From NCBI GenBank assembly GCA_029978585.1, contig JAPOJD010000002.1:1-45923 (forward strand): a stretch of 45,923 nt of DNA, in the 5' to 3' direction. The notes beneath the pieces were generated by a model. It made no database searches, was not told the origin of the DNA, and saw only the letters and a list, made by a program, of their open reading frames with translations. The first letter of the stretch is position 1; every line of letters starts with the position of its first letter. A program made the translations under genes and the position numbers. The stretch comes from Actinomycetota bacterium (GTDB lineage Bacteria; Actinomycetota; Actinomycetes; S36-B12). This document shows positions 1-13,692 of the stretch, piece by piece.

Positions 1-1072
1 ATCCGGCCTCGCGGGTGAGGGACATGACCTCCTCCACCGATGAGTCGCCGTTGTCGCCCACGCGCAGGCCGTAGCGCATGCCGTCGAAGCGGGCGAGGTT
101 GGAGGAGCACTCGCTCGGGAGGATGAGGTAGTACGCGCCCAGCGCATAGTCGAAGTGCGGGCAGGACACCTCGACGACCTCGGCACCGAGATGCTCCAGG
201 ATCGCCACCGCCTCGGTGAATCGCTGCAGGACGCCCGGCTGGTAGCCCTCGCCGGAGAGCTCGCGCACCAGGCCGATGCGCATCCCGCGCACGTTGGCGC
301 GCTCGGCCGCGGCGACAACGTCGGGCACCGGTTGCGGGATCGACGTCGAGTCGCGCGGGTCGTGCCCGCCGATGACTGACTGGAGCAGCGCCGCGTCCAT
401 CACGGTGCGCGTGCACGGACCGGCCTGGTCCAGGCTGGAGGCGAGTGCCACCAGGCCGTAGCGGGAGACACCGCCGTAGGTCGGCTTCACGCCCACGGTG
501 CCCGTGACCGCGGCGGGCTGACGGATCGAGCCACCGGGGTCGGTGCCGATCGCCAGCGGCGATTCGAAGGACGCCACCGCCGCGGCCGACCCGCCGCCGG
601 ATCCGCCGGGGATGCGGTCGAGGGCCCACGGGTTGTGCGTGGGCCCGTAGGCGGAGTGCTCGGTGGAGGAGCCCATCGCGAACTCGTCCATGTTGGTCTT
701 GCCGAGGATGACGAGCCCGGCACCGCGCAGCCGCTCGACGACGGTCGCGTCGTACGGCGGGTGCCAGCCCTCGAGGATGCGGCTGCCGCAGGTGGTGGGC
801 ATGCCTCGGGTGGCGAGGACGTCCTTGACCGCGATGGGGACTCCGGCAAGCGGGCCGAGCGTGTCGCCTGCCGCTCGCGCGCGGTCGACCCCGTCGGCCG
901 CGGCCAGGGCTCCCTCGGCATCGACGTGGAGGAAAGCGTGGACCCGGTCGTCCACGTCGACGATGCGCTCGAGGTGGGCCTGGGTCACCTCCCGAGCGGT
1001 CACCTCGCCGACGGCGATGGCCTCGGCGAGGACGGCGGCAGGCTGGCGGACGAGGTCCGCGGCGGCACTCAC
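1..1072 (-). CDS. gatA: Glu-tRNA(Gln)/Asp-tRNA(Asn) amidotransferase subunit A (3' end runs off the window)
   Basis: Hand translation of the minus strand from GTG at 1072 gives [29 protein letters not shown]...[27 protein letters not shown]...[26 protein letters not shown]...[12 protein letters not shown]. This is the amidase-signature GatA pattern. There is a GTGA overlap with the gatC stop. It is missing from the ORF track only because it leaves the window. Confidence 0.88.
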   Translation of the reverse strand, partial: MSAAADLVRQPAAVLAEAIAVGEVTAREVTQAHLERIVDVDDRVHAFLHVDAEGALAAADGVDRARAAGDTLGPLAGVPIAVKDVLATRGMPTTCGSRILEGWHPPYDATVVERLRGAGLVILGKTNMDEFAMGSSTEHSAYGPTHNPWALDRIPGGSGGGSAAAVASFESPLAIGTDPGGSIRQPAAVTGTVGVKPTYGGVSRYGLVALASSLDQAGPCTRTVMDAALLQSVIGGHDPRDSTSIPQPVPDVVAAAERANVRGMRIGLVRELSGEGYQPGVLQRFTEAVAILEHLGAEVVEVSCPHFDYALGAYYLILPSECSSNLARFDGMRYGLRVGDNGDSSVEEVMSLTREAG

Positions 1073-1365
1073 TCCAGGTCCAGGATGCGCGGGACGCGGA
1101 AGCGGCCCTCCTCCACCGCGGGTGCGGCGGCCAGGGCCTCCTCCTGCGGCAGGGAGGGGCGCACTTCGTCGGGGCGGTACACGTTGACGAGGGGGACCGG
1201 GTGCGAGGTCGGGGGGACGTCGTCGGTCGCGATCTCCGACACGCGTGCGACGGACTGCAGGATCACGTCGAGCTGGGCGGCGTAGTGGTCGAGTTCGTCA
1301 TCGTCGAGGGCGAGGCGGGCGAGGCGGGCGAGATGCGCTACCTCCCCGCGGGTGATCGCGGACAT
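1069..1365 (-). CDS. gatC: Glu/Asp-tRNA amidotransferase subunit C
   Basis: This is the C-terminal 98 aa of ORF 1069..1761, starting at ATG 1365: [44 protein letters not shown]...RFRVPRIL, a typical GatC. It lies immediately upstream of and overlaps gatA. The longer ORF N-terminus is low-complexity and crosses the divergent promoter region. Confidence 0.9.
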   Translation of the reverse strand: MSAITRGEVAHLARLARLALDDDELDHYAAQLDVILQSVARVSEIATDDVPPTSHPVPLVNVYRPDEVRPSLPQEEALAAAPAVEEGRFRVPRILDLE

Positions 1366-1372
1366 GGTGGCC

Positions 1373-1378
1373 AGTCTA
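1373..1378 (-). promoter_or_regulatory. Candidate -10 hexamer TAGACT, 7 nt upstream of the gatC ATG (leaderless-type promoter)
   Basis: The minus strand reads TAGACTggccaccATG. It matches the actinobacterial TANNNT -10 consensus, there is no Shine-Dalgarno sequence, and the same geometry recurs at 7 other genes in the window. Confidence 0.3.
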
Positions 1379-1519
1379 GGGAGGGGCATGACCCCTCCGA
1401 AGGGGGCCGGGAGTTCCTGCCGGCCGACTCGACGTGCGGTCGACGCCGACCGCATTGGATAGCGTGTAGAGGATCGTGGTCGCGGCGCGGGAGAACTGCG
1501 CGCATGGGAGGGGGACAGC

Positions 1520-2590
1520 ATGATCGCGAGAGGCGTTCGCTTGCTCGCCCTGGGCGCAGCGTGCGTTCTGCTGGTCGCCGGGTGCTCGTCGTCACCGCCG
1601 CCCGAGGCGTCGTCCGCGAGCGAATCGACTTCGCAGGCATCGAATCCCTGCGCGAATCCCGACACCTTCTGCATCGGGCTCGTGCTGGAGTCCGGGGTTG
1701 TCGACGACGGAGCCTTCAACGAGGCCTCCTGGGAGGGCGTGCAGGAGGGTGCCGCAGCCACCGGCGGCGAGGCGGCCTACTTCGAGAGCACGGATGCCGA
1801 GTCCTACGCCGCCAACCTCGATGACCTAGGTTCCCGTGGCTATGACGTCGTGGTCACGACAGGCGTGGGTTTTCCGGAGGCCACCGTGACGGCAGCCGTG
1901 GCTCACCCGGCGACCCGCTACGTCGGCATCAGCCAGAACATGTCGGAAGGCCCGGCCAATGCCACCGGCCTGCTCTTCCGAGACGACGAGGCCGGGTACC
2001 TCGCGGGGTACCTCGCGGGGCTCATGACCCAGACCGGCACCGTGAGCGCAGTCTTGGGCAGTGAGAGCGTGCTGCCGTTGAAGCGCTTCGGGGAGGGCTA
2101 CCGCCTCGGTGCACTGGCTGCCCGTCCTGGTGCGACGGTAATCATGTCCTACGACAACGACAGCGCGGACTCCTTCAACGACCCCGAGTGGGGAGCTGCC
2201 ACGACTGCCGACCAGATTGCCGAGGGCGCGGACGTGATCTTCGGTGCCGGCGGGACAACGGGCATCGCTGCACTCCAGACGACGGCGCAGTCCCCGGGGG
2301 CTGGCACGACGCTGTTCTGCATCGGCATCGACGTGGACCAGTACGAAACAGTGCCGCAGGCCAGGCCATGCCTGCTGACGTCGGCCGAGAAGTTCATCGC
2401 CGAGGGCGTGAGCGCCGTGATCTCCGACATCTACGCGGGTGTCCCGACGGGACAGAACGTGGAGGGCAAGGTCGGGCTCGCGCCGTACCACGATATGGCG
2501 TCCCAGGTGCCCGAGAGCGTGAAGCTGCGGATGGTCGAGATCGAGACCGGTCTCGCGAACAACTCGATCATGACGGGAGTGACGTTCTAG
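1520..2590 (+). CDS. BMP-family (PnrA-like) ABC-transporter substrate-binding lipoprotein
   Basis: ORF 1520..2590 has an N-terminal signal peptide with lipobox LLVAG|CSSS. The body ([12 protein letters not shown]...YVGISQ...GYLAGYLAG...[11 protein letters not shown]) is typical of the basic membrane protein/nucleoside-binding family. SD GGGAGGGGG lies 5 nt upstream of the ATG. Confidence 0.8.
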   Translation: MIARGVRLLALGAACVLLVAGCSSSPPPEASSASESTSQASNPCANPDTFCIGLVLESGVVDDGAFNEASWEGVQEGAAATGGEAAYFESTDAESYAANLDDLGSRGYDVVVTTGVGFPEATVTAAVAHPATRYVGISQNMSEGPANATGLLFRDDEAGYLAGYLAGLMTQTGTVSAVLGSESVLPLKRFGEGYRLGALAARPGATVIMSYDNDSADSFNDPEWGAATTADQIAEGADVIFGAGGTTGIAALQTTAQSPGAGTTLFCIGIDVDQYETVPQARPCLLTSAEKFIAEGVSAVISDIYAGVPTGQNVEGKVGLAPYHDMASQVPESVKLRMVEIETGLANNSIMTGVTF

Positions 2591-2655
2591 GGGACCTCCC
2601 TGTCGCTATTCCCTCGAGCCACCGCTCGGGCCGGCCCGTCGGGGGCAGCGTGCGG

Positions 2656-5857
<3,202 letters not shown>

Positions 5858-5861
<4 letters not shown>

Positions 5862-6925
5862 CGGCGCACGATGGTCGCCGAACCGACCACCCGGGTGCCG
5901 TCGTACATCGCCATCGCCTGCCCCGGCGCGACGCCGCGGGCCGGCTCGTCGAGGTGCGCGATCACGCGATGACCCTGCACGTCGAGGACGGCGCCGACCG
6001 GATCGCCGTGCGCACGGATCTGCACGCTCACCCGGTCGCCGGACGCCGCGGCCGGTCCGCACCACAGGGGATCGTGCGCCTCGATCGTCGATGCCGCGAG
6101 CAATTGCTCCTCCCCCACGAACACGCGCGCCTCCGCATGGTCCACATCGACGACGTAGCGGCGGCCGCCTGACGGCGCAGGCTCGCGCAGGTCGAGGCCG
6201 CGGCGCTGCCCTATGGTGAACGCATAGGCACCCGAGTGCTGCCCGACGACCGCGCCCGTCGCCACGTCGACGATCTCCCCGGGCGCCTCGCCCAGGCGCT
6301 CGCGCAGCCAGGCACTCGTGTCGCCGTCGGGAATGAAGCAGATGTCGTGGCTGTCGGGCTTGTCGGCGACCCGCATGCCGCGCTGGGCCGCCTCCTCGCG
6401 CACCTGTGGCTTGCGGCTGTGGCCCAGCGGCAGGAGCGTCGCGGCGATCTGGTCGGGGGTGAGTACCGACAGGACGTAGGACTGGTCCTTGACGGGATCG
6501 ATCGCGCGGTGGAGCTCGGGGCCGTGCGGGCCCTCCTCGATGCGGGCGTAGTGCCCGGTGCAGACGGCCTCGAAACCCAGCGCGAGAGCGCGGTCGAGCA
6601 CGGCCGCGAACTTGATGGTCTCGTTGCAGCGCAGGCAGGGGTTGGGGGTGAGCCCCTCACGGTAGGACTCCACGAAGTCGTCGACCACGTCGCGGGCGAA
6701 GTCCTCGGACAGGTCCCAGACGTAGTACGGAATGTCGAGGACGTCGGCCACGCGCCGGGCGTCCTGGGCGTCGGCGACGGAGCAGCAGCCCTTCGACCTG
6801 CCGGTGGCGGACTGCGCGCGGCTCAGCGCCAGGTGGACGCCGACGACCTCGTGGCCGGCGTCGACAGCTCGTGCGGCGGCGACGGCGGAGTCGACACCGC
6901 CGGATAGCGCCGCGATGACGCGCAT
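5858..6925 (-). CDS. mnmA: tRNA-specific 2-thiouridylase (tRNA 5-methylaminomethyl-2-thiouridine synthesis)
   Basis: The start is at ATG 6925: MRVIAALSGGVDSAVAAARAVDAGHEVVGVHL (PP-loop SGGVDS), ...NPCLRCNETIKF..., with a C-terminal beta-barrel. The part of ORF 5858..7468 upstream of 6925 is an out-of-frame read through the desulfurase gene. Confidence 0.9.
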
Positions 6926-6926
6926 G

Positions 6927-8096
6927 TCAGCGCGTGCGCCGCAGGCGCGGGGCGGCGGCGCGCGACGCGCGGTCCACAGCCGAGGGAAGCACCTCGAGCA
7001 GGCGGTCCACGTCGGCCTCGGTGCTCGTGCAGCCGAGCGAGAAGCGCAGGGAGCCGCGCGCGAGCGCCGGATCGATACCCATGGCCTCGAGGACATGGGA
7101 GGGCTCGGGAACTCCGGCGGTGCACGCCGAGCCCGTGGAGCACTCCACCCCGGCGGCGTCGAGGAGCATGAGAAGCGTGTCCCCCTCGCAGCCGGGGAAG
7201 GACACGTGGACGTTGCCGGGCAGCCTGTCGACGGGGTCTCCGTTGAGGATCGCCCCAGGGGCGACGCGCTGAATGCCGTCGACGAGTTCCCCGCGGAGCG
7301 AGACCATCCGCGCTGCGTGGTCAGCCTGCGCTGCCACCGCATGGCGCACGGCCACCGCGAAGGCCGCGATGGACGGAGCGTCGAGCGTGCCGGAGCGCAC
7401 GTCGCGTTCCTGCCCGCCGCCGTGCAGCACCGGGGTGATGCGGGCGTCGCGCCGCGCGATGAGCGCACCCACGCCCACCGGGGCGCCGATCTTGTGACCG
7501 CTGAGCGCCAGGGAGGTCAGGCCCGGCAGCGCGCCATTGACCGGCAACTGGCCCAGCGCCTGCACTGCGTCGGTGTGGAAGGCAACGCCGGCCTCGCCGC
7601 AGGCCGCAGCGATCGCGGCGACCGGCTGGACGGTGCCCACCTCGTTGTTGGCCCACATGACCGTGCACAGCGCGACGTCATCGCCGAGCCGCGCGCGCAC
7701 GACGTCGGGATCGACCCGGCCGAGCTCGTCGACGGGCAGCCAGTCGATCTCGCGGCCCGTCTCCCCCAGCCATGCCACCGGATCCAGGACGGCGTGGTGC
7801 TCGATCGTCGAGCACAGGATGCGCGGTCGCTGCGGCTGCTCCCAGGCCAGGCCCTTGACCGCGAGGTTGTCCGCCTCGGTGCCACCGGCGGTGAAGATGA
7901 CCTCGCTGGGCCTCACGCCGAGGTCGGCGGCGACGCTCTCGCGGGACTCCTCCACGAGGCGCCGGGCGAGGCGACCGGAGGTGTGGAGGGAGGAGGGATT
8001 GCCCACCGACTCAGAGGCCGCGAGCCACGCCTCGCGCGCCTCGGGCAGCATCGGCGCCGAAGCCGCGTGATCGAGGTACGCGCGGGCCTGGGTCAC
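6927..8096 (-). CDS. iscS: Cysteine desulfurase (IscS/NifS-like, class V aminotransferase)
   Basis: The 389-aa ORF contains [14 protein letters not shown], the PLP-lysine motif [15 protein letters not shown] and the active-site loop GSACTAG. Its stop is 1 nt from the mnmA start. Confidence 0.85.
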   Translation of the reverse strand: MTQARAYLDHAASAPMLPEAREAWLAASESVGNPSSLHTSGRLARRLVEESRESVAADLGVRPSEVIFTAGGTEADNLAVKGLAWEQPQRPRILCSTIEHHAVLDPVAWLGETGREIDWLPVDELGRVDPDVVRARLGDDVALCTVMWANNEVGTVQPVAAIAAACGEAGVAFHTDAVQALGQLPVNGALPGLTSLALSGHKIGAPVGVGALIARRDARITPVLHGGGQERDVRSGTLDAPSIAAFAVAVRHAVAAQADHAARMVSLRGELVDGIQRVAPGAILNGDPVDRLPGNVHVSFPGCEGDTLLMLLDAAGVECSTGSACTAGVPEPSHVLEAMGIDPALARGSLRFSLGCTSTEADVDRLLEVLPSAVDRASRAAAPRLRRTR

Positions 8097-8102
8097 GGGG
8101 CG

Positions 8103-8108
8103 ATGGTA
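8103..8108 (-). promoter_or_regulatory. Candidate -10 hexamer TACCAT, 6 nt upstream of the desulfurase GTG start
   Basis: The minus strand reads TACCATcgccccGTG. It fits TANNNT and no SD is present. Confidence 0.25.
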
Positions 8109-8121
8109 TCCGGCGGGTCCG

Positions 8122-9078
8122 TCAGGCCCGACGCTTCGCGATCTCCTCGGTCAGCTGGGGCACGACCGCGAAGAGGTCGCCCACCACGCCGAAGTCGGCA
8201 AGCTCGAAGATCGGTGCCTCGGGGTCCTTGTTGACCACGACGATGGTCTTGGAGGTCTGCATGCCGGCGCGGTGCTGGATGGCGCCGCTGATGCCGTTGG
8301 CGATGTAGAGCTGCGGGGAGACCGTCTTGCCGGTCTGGCCGACCTGGAACTGGTGGGGGTACCACCCGGCGTCGGTCGCCGCGCGTGAAGCGCCGACCGC
8401 CGCGCCGAGGGTGTCGGCGAGCGCCTCGACGACACCGAAGCCCTCCGAACCGCCCACGCCGCGGCCCCCGGACACGACGATCGCGGCCTCGGCCAGGTCG
8501 GGACGCCCGCCGCGCTGGGCGACCGTGCGGCCGGTGACACGGGCGGACTTCGCCGCGTCCGAGACGCTCACAGCCACGTCGGCGCGGTTGCCGGCGGCCG
8601 GGGCCGCCTCGGGCGCGGTGGAGTTGGGGCGAACGGTGATGATCGGGGTGCCGCGGGTGACCTTCGACTTGACCACGGTGGACCCGCCGAAGACGCTCTG
8701 CGTCGCGGTGAGGTCAGCGTCGACGCCCACGGCGTCGGTGATGATGCCCGACTCGGCCTTGATGGCGACGCGTCCGGCGATCTCCTTGCCGTCCGCGGTC
8801 GACGCGATGAGCACGGCGGTCGGCGCCTTGTCGGCGATGAGCGAGGCGAGCGCCTCGGCCTTGGGCGCGACGAGGTAGTCGTCGAGGTCGGCGGAGTCAG
8901 CGACGTAGACCGTCTCGGCGCCGTACTCCGCGAGTTGCGCCAGCGCCGCTGCGTCAGCACCGCCGCCCAGCCAGACTGCGGACGGCGTGCCGAGGCTGCG
9001 CGCGAGGGTGAGCAGCTCGAGCGTGACCTTCTTGACGGAGCCCTCGGAGTGATCGACGAGGACGAGAATCTCGGCCAT
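8122..9078 (-). CDS. etfA: Electron transfer flavoprotein subunit alpha
   Basis: The 318-aa ORF has a C-terminal FAD-binding region: GGRGVG...[21 protein letters not shown]...[29 protein letters not shown]. Confidence 0.92.
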   Translation of the reverse strand: MAEILVLVDHSEGSVKKVTLELLTLARSLGTPSAVWLGGGADAAALAQLAEYGAETVYVADSADLDDYLVAPKAEALASLIADKAPTAVLIASTADGKEIAGRVAIKAESGIITDAVGVDADLTATQSVFGGSTVVKSKVTRGTPIITVRPNSTAPEAAPAAGNRADVAVSVSDAAKSARVTGRTVAQRGGRPDLAEAAIVVSGGRGVGGSEGFGVVEALADTLGAAVGASRAATDAGWYPHQFQVGQTGKTVSPQLYIANGISGAIQHRAGMQTSKTIVVVNKDPEAPIFELADFGVVGDLFAVVPQLTEEIAKRRA

Positions 9079-9117
9079 GGTGGGCTGCCTTTCGGATCGG
9101 TGCGGACGAGGGGAGGA

Positions 9118-9897
9118 CTAGATGAACTTCTGCACGGTGAGGAACTCCGCGATCTGCACGCCGCCCTGCCCGTCGTCGGACACGACGGTGCCTGCGGCCT
9201 TGGGGGGGCGCGCGGCGAAGTCGGCGACACCGGACCAGGCGGCACCGAGGCCCACCGTGGCGGGCTCGAGGCCGAGGTCAGCAACGGCGAGGGTCTCGAC
9301 CGGCTTCTTCTTCGCGGCCATGATCCCCTTGAACGACGGGTAGCGCGGCTCGTTGATCTTCTCCACCACGCTGACGACCGCGGGCAGCGGCGCCTCGACA
9401 GTGTCGAAGCCGTACTCCGTCTGCCGCTCGATGCGCACGGTCGAGCCGTCCACCTCGACCTTCTGCGCGAAGGTGACCTGCGGGAGGCCGAGGCGCTCGG
9501 CCACCATCGCGGGGACGACACTCATGCGCGCATCGGTGGACTCCGAGCCGAACACGATGAGGTCGAAGCCGCGGCCCTCCAGCGCCTTTGCGAGCGCGGC
9601 CGAGGTGGCGATGGCATCCGAGCCGTGCAGGGCGTCGTCGATGACGTGGATGCCGGCGTCGGCGCCCATGCTCAGCGCCTTGCGGATGGTCTCGCCCGCG
9701 CGCTCCGGGCCCATCGACACAACGACGACCTCGCCGCCGTGCGCCTCGATGAGGCGCAGCGACTCCTCGACGGCGTACTCGTCGAGCTCATTGAGGACGC
9801 CCTCGGCCGACTCGCGGTCGAGGGTGGAGTCCTCGGGCTTGAGGCGCTTCTCCGCCCAGGTGTCGGGGACCTGCTTGACGCACACGGCGACCTTCAC
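9118..9897 (-). CDS. etfB: Electron transfer flavoprotein subunit beta
   Basis: The 259-aa ORF begins MKVAVCVKQVPDTWAEKRL...VVSMGP and is typical EtfB/FixA. It has a GTG start preceded by SD GAAGGAG and lies directly upstream of etfA. Confidence 0.92.
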   Translation of the reverse strand: MKVAVCVKQVPDTWAEKRLKPEDSTLDRESAEGVLNELDEYAVEESLRLIEAHGGEVVVVSMGPERAGETIRKALSMGADAGIHVIDDALHGSDAIATSAALAKALEGRGFDLIVFGSESTDARMSVVPAMVAERLGLPQVTFAQKVEVDGSTVRIERQTEYGFDTVEAPLPAVVSVVEKINEPRYPSFKGIMAAKKKPVETLAVADLGLEPATVGLGAAWSGVADFAARPPKAAGTVVSDDGQGGVQIAEFLTVQKFI

Positions 9898-10058
9898 GAG
9901 TGGCTCCTTCGCGGCGAGGGTGCTTCGGCGGCACGAGCCTGCCTGGGTCCTATGTTACCCGTCGGTCACTTAGCTCGCCCCCCGGGAGGCGACGGCCTGC
10001 ACCCCGGGACCGGGGGCGCGAATGGGGTGCTTGACCTCGGGTCGAACGGCAGGCGCCC

Positions 10059-10064
10059 TAGGCT
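10059..10064 (+). promoter_or_regulatory. Candidate -10 hexamer TAGGCT, 8 nt upstream of in-frame GTG 10073
   Basis: The sequence reads TAGGCTcgtgcgtcGTG. Codons between ATG 10022 and 10073 include TTG, GGT, CGA, GCA and CTA, which are atypical for this GC3-rich genome. This suggests 10022-10072 is non-coding leader/promoter. Confidence 0.3.
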
Positions 10065-10072
10065 CGTGCGTC

Positions 10073-10852
10073 GTGCGGCCCTCACCCCCCATCCCCCTCG
10101 CACCGACCGGCGAGCGCACCGCGCCGGGCCTTGACCGCGAGGGCTACTGGTTCGCCCGCCACGAGGCCGCCTACTCCTGGATCGCCCGCACCTACGCCCG
10201 CGACCTCGCGGGGGGCCTCGCCGTCGACGCCGGGTCGGGCGAGGGCTACGGCGCGGCCATGCTGGCCGGCCCCACCAGCGCCTGCCTGGCCCTGGAATAC
10301 GACGACCTCGCCTGCCGCCACGCCGCGGCCGCCTATCCCGACGTCGCCTCGATCCGCGCGAACCTGTGCGCCCTCCCCCTGCGCGATGGCCGCGTCGACG
10401 CGCTGGTGAGCCTGCAGGTGGTCGAACACCTGTGGTCGCTGCCCGACTTCCTCTCCGAGTGCCATCGCGTGCTGCGCCCCGGCGGCCTCATCGTCGTCAC
10501 CACCCCGAACCGCCTCACCTTCTCCCCCGGCCTCGCGCGCGGGGCGAAGCCGGTGAACCCGTTCCACGTCGAGGAGTTCGACGCCGAACAGGTGCGCATG
10601 ATGCTCGTGAACGCCGGATTCGCTGATGTCGACGTGCTCGGCCTGCGCCACGGTGCGCGCATCGGCGACTGGGAGTCGCGCCACGGCTCGATCGTTCAGG
10701 CGCAGGTCGACGCCGTGCTCTCCGGCGACTGGCCGGCGCATCTTGACGCGATCGTGGACAGCGTCACGGCCGACGACTTCCTTGTCTCGCGCGACGACAT
10801 CGACGACTCCTGCGACCTCATCGGCGTCGCGCGCCGGGGAGACGCGTCGTGA
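10073..10852 (+). CDS. Class I SAM-dependent methyltransferase (Rv3030-like)
   Basis: This is the frame of ORF 10022..10852. It has SAM motif I (VDAGSGEGYGAAMLA) and post-I/II motifs (ALPLRDGRVDALVSLQVVEHL, LRPGGLIVVTTPN). The start is taken as GTG 10073 for the -10 and codon-usage reasons above; the alternative is ATG 10022. Its stop overlaps the GH57 start as GTGA. Confidence 0.7.
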   Translation: MRPSPPIPLAPTGERTAPGLDREGYWFARHEAAYSWIARTYARDLAGGLAVDAGSGEGYGAAMLAGPTSACLALEYDDLACRHAAAAYPDVASIRANLCALPLRDGRVDALVSLQVVEHLWSLPDFLSECHRVLRPGGLIVVTTPNRLTFSPGLARGAKPVNPFHVEEFDAEQVRMMLVNAGFADVDVLGLRHGARIGDWESRHGSIVQAQVDAVLSGDWPAHLDAIVDSVTADDFLVSRDDIDDSCDLIGVARRGDAS

Positions 10853-12372
10853 CCGCTCCCCTCGGCACGTTCTGCCTGGTCCTTCACAGCCACCTACCCT
10901 GTGTCGCCCACCACGGCGCCTGGCCGGTCGGCGAAGAGTGGCTGCACCAGGCGTGGGCTGGCTCCTACGCCCCGCTGCGCCGCCTGCTCGACGACCTCGC
11001 GCGCGAGGGACGACGCGACGTGCTCACCCTCGGCGTCACGCCCGTGCTCGCCGCGATGCTCGACGACCCCTATTGCCTGCGCCAGCACCACACCTGGCTT
11101 GCCGACGCGCAGTTGCGCGCCCTCGGGATGTCCACCGCCACCGATCCGCAACGCCGTGACGAGGCTGCACGCCAGTACGCCCTGGCCACCCGGGGCCTCG
11201 CGGAGTTCGAGGGCCACTGGGGCCGTGGCGGCTCCGCAGCGCTGCGCCCGCTCGTCGACTCGGGCGTCGTCGAACTCCTTGGCGGACCGCTCACTCACTC
11301 CTTCACCCCCCTGCTGCCCAATGAGCTGGCCGAGGCCACGCTGCGCTCCGGCCTGGACGACGCCGCACTGCGCATCGGCACCCGTCCCGCCGGCATCTGG
11401 GCCCCCGAGTGCGCCTACGCGCCCGGCCTCGAGAAGCTGTACGCCGCCGCGGGCGTCAGCCACGTCGTCGTCGATGGGCCCACCCTGCTGCACGTCGGCG
11501 CCAGCACTGACCGGCCGTGGCGGCTCGGGGAGTCCGGGGTCATCGCGTTCGGCCGCGACCTCGACGTCACCTACCGGGTGTGGTCTCCGCGTCGCGGATA
11601 CCCCGGCGACCCCGCCTACCTCGACTTCCACTCCTACGACCACGAGTGGGGATTCCGCACCCGGCGCGTCACCGGCCGAGAGATCCCGCCCCATGACAAG
11701 GCGCCATACGAGCCGGTGATGGCGCGCGACGCCGTCGACCGGCACGTGGCGGACTTCATCGGCGTCGTCGTCGACCGGCTGCACGAGATCCGCGACCAGC
11801 GCGAGGGCAGGCCGGGCCTGGTGGTGGCGGCGTACGACACCGAGCTCTTCGGCCACTGGTGGCACGAGGGGGTGGACTTCCTCGGCGGCATCCTGCGCGG
11901 CCTGCCCGAGGCGGGCGTGCGCGTGAGCACGCTGCGCTCGTCCGTGGACGACGTCGACGACCTCCCGGTGCACCCGGAGCCGTCGTCATGGGGGTCGGGC
12001 AAGGACTGGCACGTGTGGAACGGCGAGCCCGTCGCCGACATCGCCGACACCCAGCGATGGCTCGCCTCGGCCGCGCTGGACTGCCTGGAGTCGACGCATC
12101 CGCGCACCCACCGGTCGCGCGCACACGACCAACTCGTCCAGGACACCCTGCTCGCGCTCTCCAGCGACTGGGCCTTCATGGTCACCAAGGACTCCGCCGC
12201 GGATTACGCCCGCGCGCGATTCCGGGGCCATGTCGCCGCGGCGACGGACCTCATCGACGCTCTCGCTGAGGGGAACTCTGCACGTGCGACCGAGACCGCA
12301 AGGTTGCACGCGCTCGTCGATGCGCCGTTCGGCCACCTGGACGCGCGGCGATTCCTGTCCTCCCGCCCCTGA
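10849..12372 (+). CDS. Glycoside hydrolase family 57 protein (putative 1,4-alpha-glucan branching enzyme, Rv3031-like)
   Basis: The 507-aa ORF has the N-terminus GTFCLVLHSHLPCVAHHGAWPVGEEWLHQAW, characteristic of GH57/DUF1957 branching proteins. Later motifs are WAPECAY and TELFGHWWHEG. Confidence 0.8.
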   Translation: MTAPLGTFCLVLHSHLPCVAHHGAWPVGEEWLHQAWAGSYAPLRRLLDDLAREGRRDVLTLGVTPVLAAMLDDPYCLRQHHTWLADAQLRALGMSTATDPQRRDEAARQYALATRGLAEFEGHWGRGGSAALRPLVDSGVVELLGGPLTHSFTPLLPNELAEATLRSGLDDAALRIGTRPAGIWAPECAYAPGLEKLYAAAGVSHVVVDGPTLLHVGASTDRPWRLGESGVIAFGRDLDVTYRVWSPRRGYPGDPAYLDFHSYDHEWGFRTRRVTGREIPPHDKAPYEPVMARDAVDRHVADFIGVVVDRLHEIRDQREGRPGLVVAAYDTELFGHWWHEGVDFLGGILRGLPEAGVRVSTLRSSVDDVDDLPVHPEPSSWGSGKDWHVWNGEPVADIADTQRWLASAALDCLESTHPRTHRSRAHDQLVQDTLLALSSDWAFMVTKDSAADYARARFRGHVAAATDLIDALAEGNSARATETARLHALVDAPFGHLDARRFLSSRP

Positions 12373-12390
12373 CATCGCGCCTATCCTCGG

Positions 12391-13689
12391 ATGATGCGCA
12401 TCCTGCACCTGTCGTGGGAGTACCCCCCGGTGGTGTACGGCGGCCTCGGCCGGCACGTCCATGCGCTCGCCTAGGCGCAGGCCGCGCTCGGCCACGACGT
12501 CTGCGTGGTCACCCAGGCGCCGAGCACCGCGGCGAGCACGGGCTGGGCGGCGTCCGCGAGTACGGACGTTCCGCACGACGAGGTCGTCAACGGCGTGCGC
12601 GTTATCCGCGTCGACCGTGATCCGCCGGTGCAGGAGCTCAGCGCGGACACCCTCCTCTCCTGGGCCGCATCACTGGAGAGCGCCATGTCGCGGCGGATCC
12701 TCCGCTCCGACGACGGCATCGCGCGCGCCGACCTCGTGCACGCCCACGACTGGATGGTCGCCCACACCGCCGTCCTCCTGCGCGCTGCATGGGAGGCCCC
12801 TCTCGTGACGACGCTGCACGCGACCGAGGCGGGCCGGCACCAGGGCTGGCTGCCCGGAGACCTCTCGCGCGCGATCCATGCGGTCGAAGGCTGGCTCGCA
12901 CACACCTCCGATGCCGTGGTCACGTGCTCCGCACACATGCGCGGTGAGGTGTCGCGGCTGTTCGCCGTCGAGAACGTCGACGTCATCCCCAACGGGATCG
13001 ACACCCGTCACTGGCGCACGAGCGCCCGCGACATCGCCGCCGCCCGCGAGCGCTACGCCCCGCACGGCCCGCTCGTGGCTTATTGCGGGCGCCTGGAGTG
13101 GGAGAAGGGCGTGCACACCTTCGTCGATGCGCTCCCGCGGCTGCGGCGGCGGTTCCCGTCGCTGCGCGTCGTCATCGCCGGCCACGGCGGCGCCTCGCGC
13201 GACCTCGAGCAGCAGGCCCGTGAACGCCGGGTGGCCCCGGCCGTGGAGTTCACCGGGTGGCTGCCCGAGCGCGAGCTGCACGCACTCATGGCAGCGGCGG
13301 ACGCCCTCGTGGTGCCCAGCCTGTACGAGCCCTTCGGCCTCGTCGCCCTCGAGGGGGCTGCCCTCGGGGCTCCGCTGGTCGTCGCGCGCAGCGGCGGACT
13401 CGTGGAGTTCGTGGAGGACGGCGTCACCGGGCGCACGTTCGCCACCGGCGACCCCGCCGACCTGGCACGGGCCGTGACGGAGTGCCTCGACCAGCCGGAC
13501 CAGTCGCGTGCCTGGGCGGACGAGGCACGGCGCCGGGTCCGCGACGACCATCCGTGGGACGGGATCGCCCGGCGGCTCGACGCGGTGTACGCCGGCGCTG
13601 TCTCGGCGCGGGCCGACCGCACCGGCGAGGTGGCGCCGTTCGCCACGCCCCCTGCGTCATCGGGCAACCTGCTGTACGGCGGGCCCTGA
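12391..13689 (+). pseudogene. GT4 alpha-1,4-glucosyltransferase (Rv3032-like) interrupted by an in-frame TAG at 12472-12474; the intact remainder is ORF 12505..13689
   Basis: ATG 12391 translates to MMRILHLSWEYPPVVYGGLGRHVHALA, then TAG, then AQAALGHDVCVVTQAPS... in the same frame as the 394-aa ORF. The downstream part carries GT4 motifs (HAHDW, TLHATEAGRH, GRLEWEKG, PSLYEPFGLVALEGAALGAPLV). A real nonsense mutation cannot be distinguished from a sequencing error using the sequence alone. Confidence 0.6.
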
Positions 13690-13692
13690 GCC

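Noticed and set aside
2591-2655. Possible bidirectional terminator between the BMP gene and ligA (palindrome GGGCCGGCCC)
   Set aside because: The stem is short and without a flanking T/A tract. Such GC palindromes are common at this base composition, so it is not supportable as a terminator.
6732-8234. 500-aa ORF on the plus strand
   Set aside because: It is antisense to the cysteine desulfurase and mnmA genes and has no motifs.
12472-12474. TAG as programmed recoding (pyrrolysine or suppression)
   Set aside because: No pyl genes or PYLIS-like context are visible. Pyrrolysine is not known in this lineage, and TAG is used as a normal stop elsewhere in the window (for example glgX, ALDH, thiolase, SDR). 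A mutation or sequencing error is more parsimonious.
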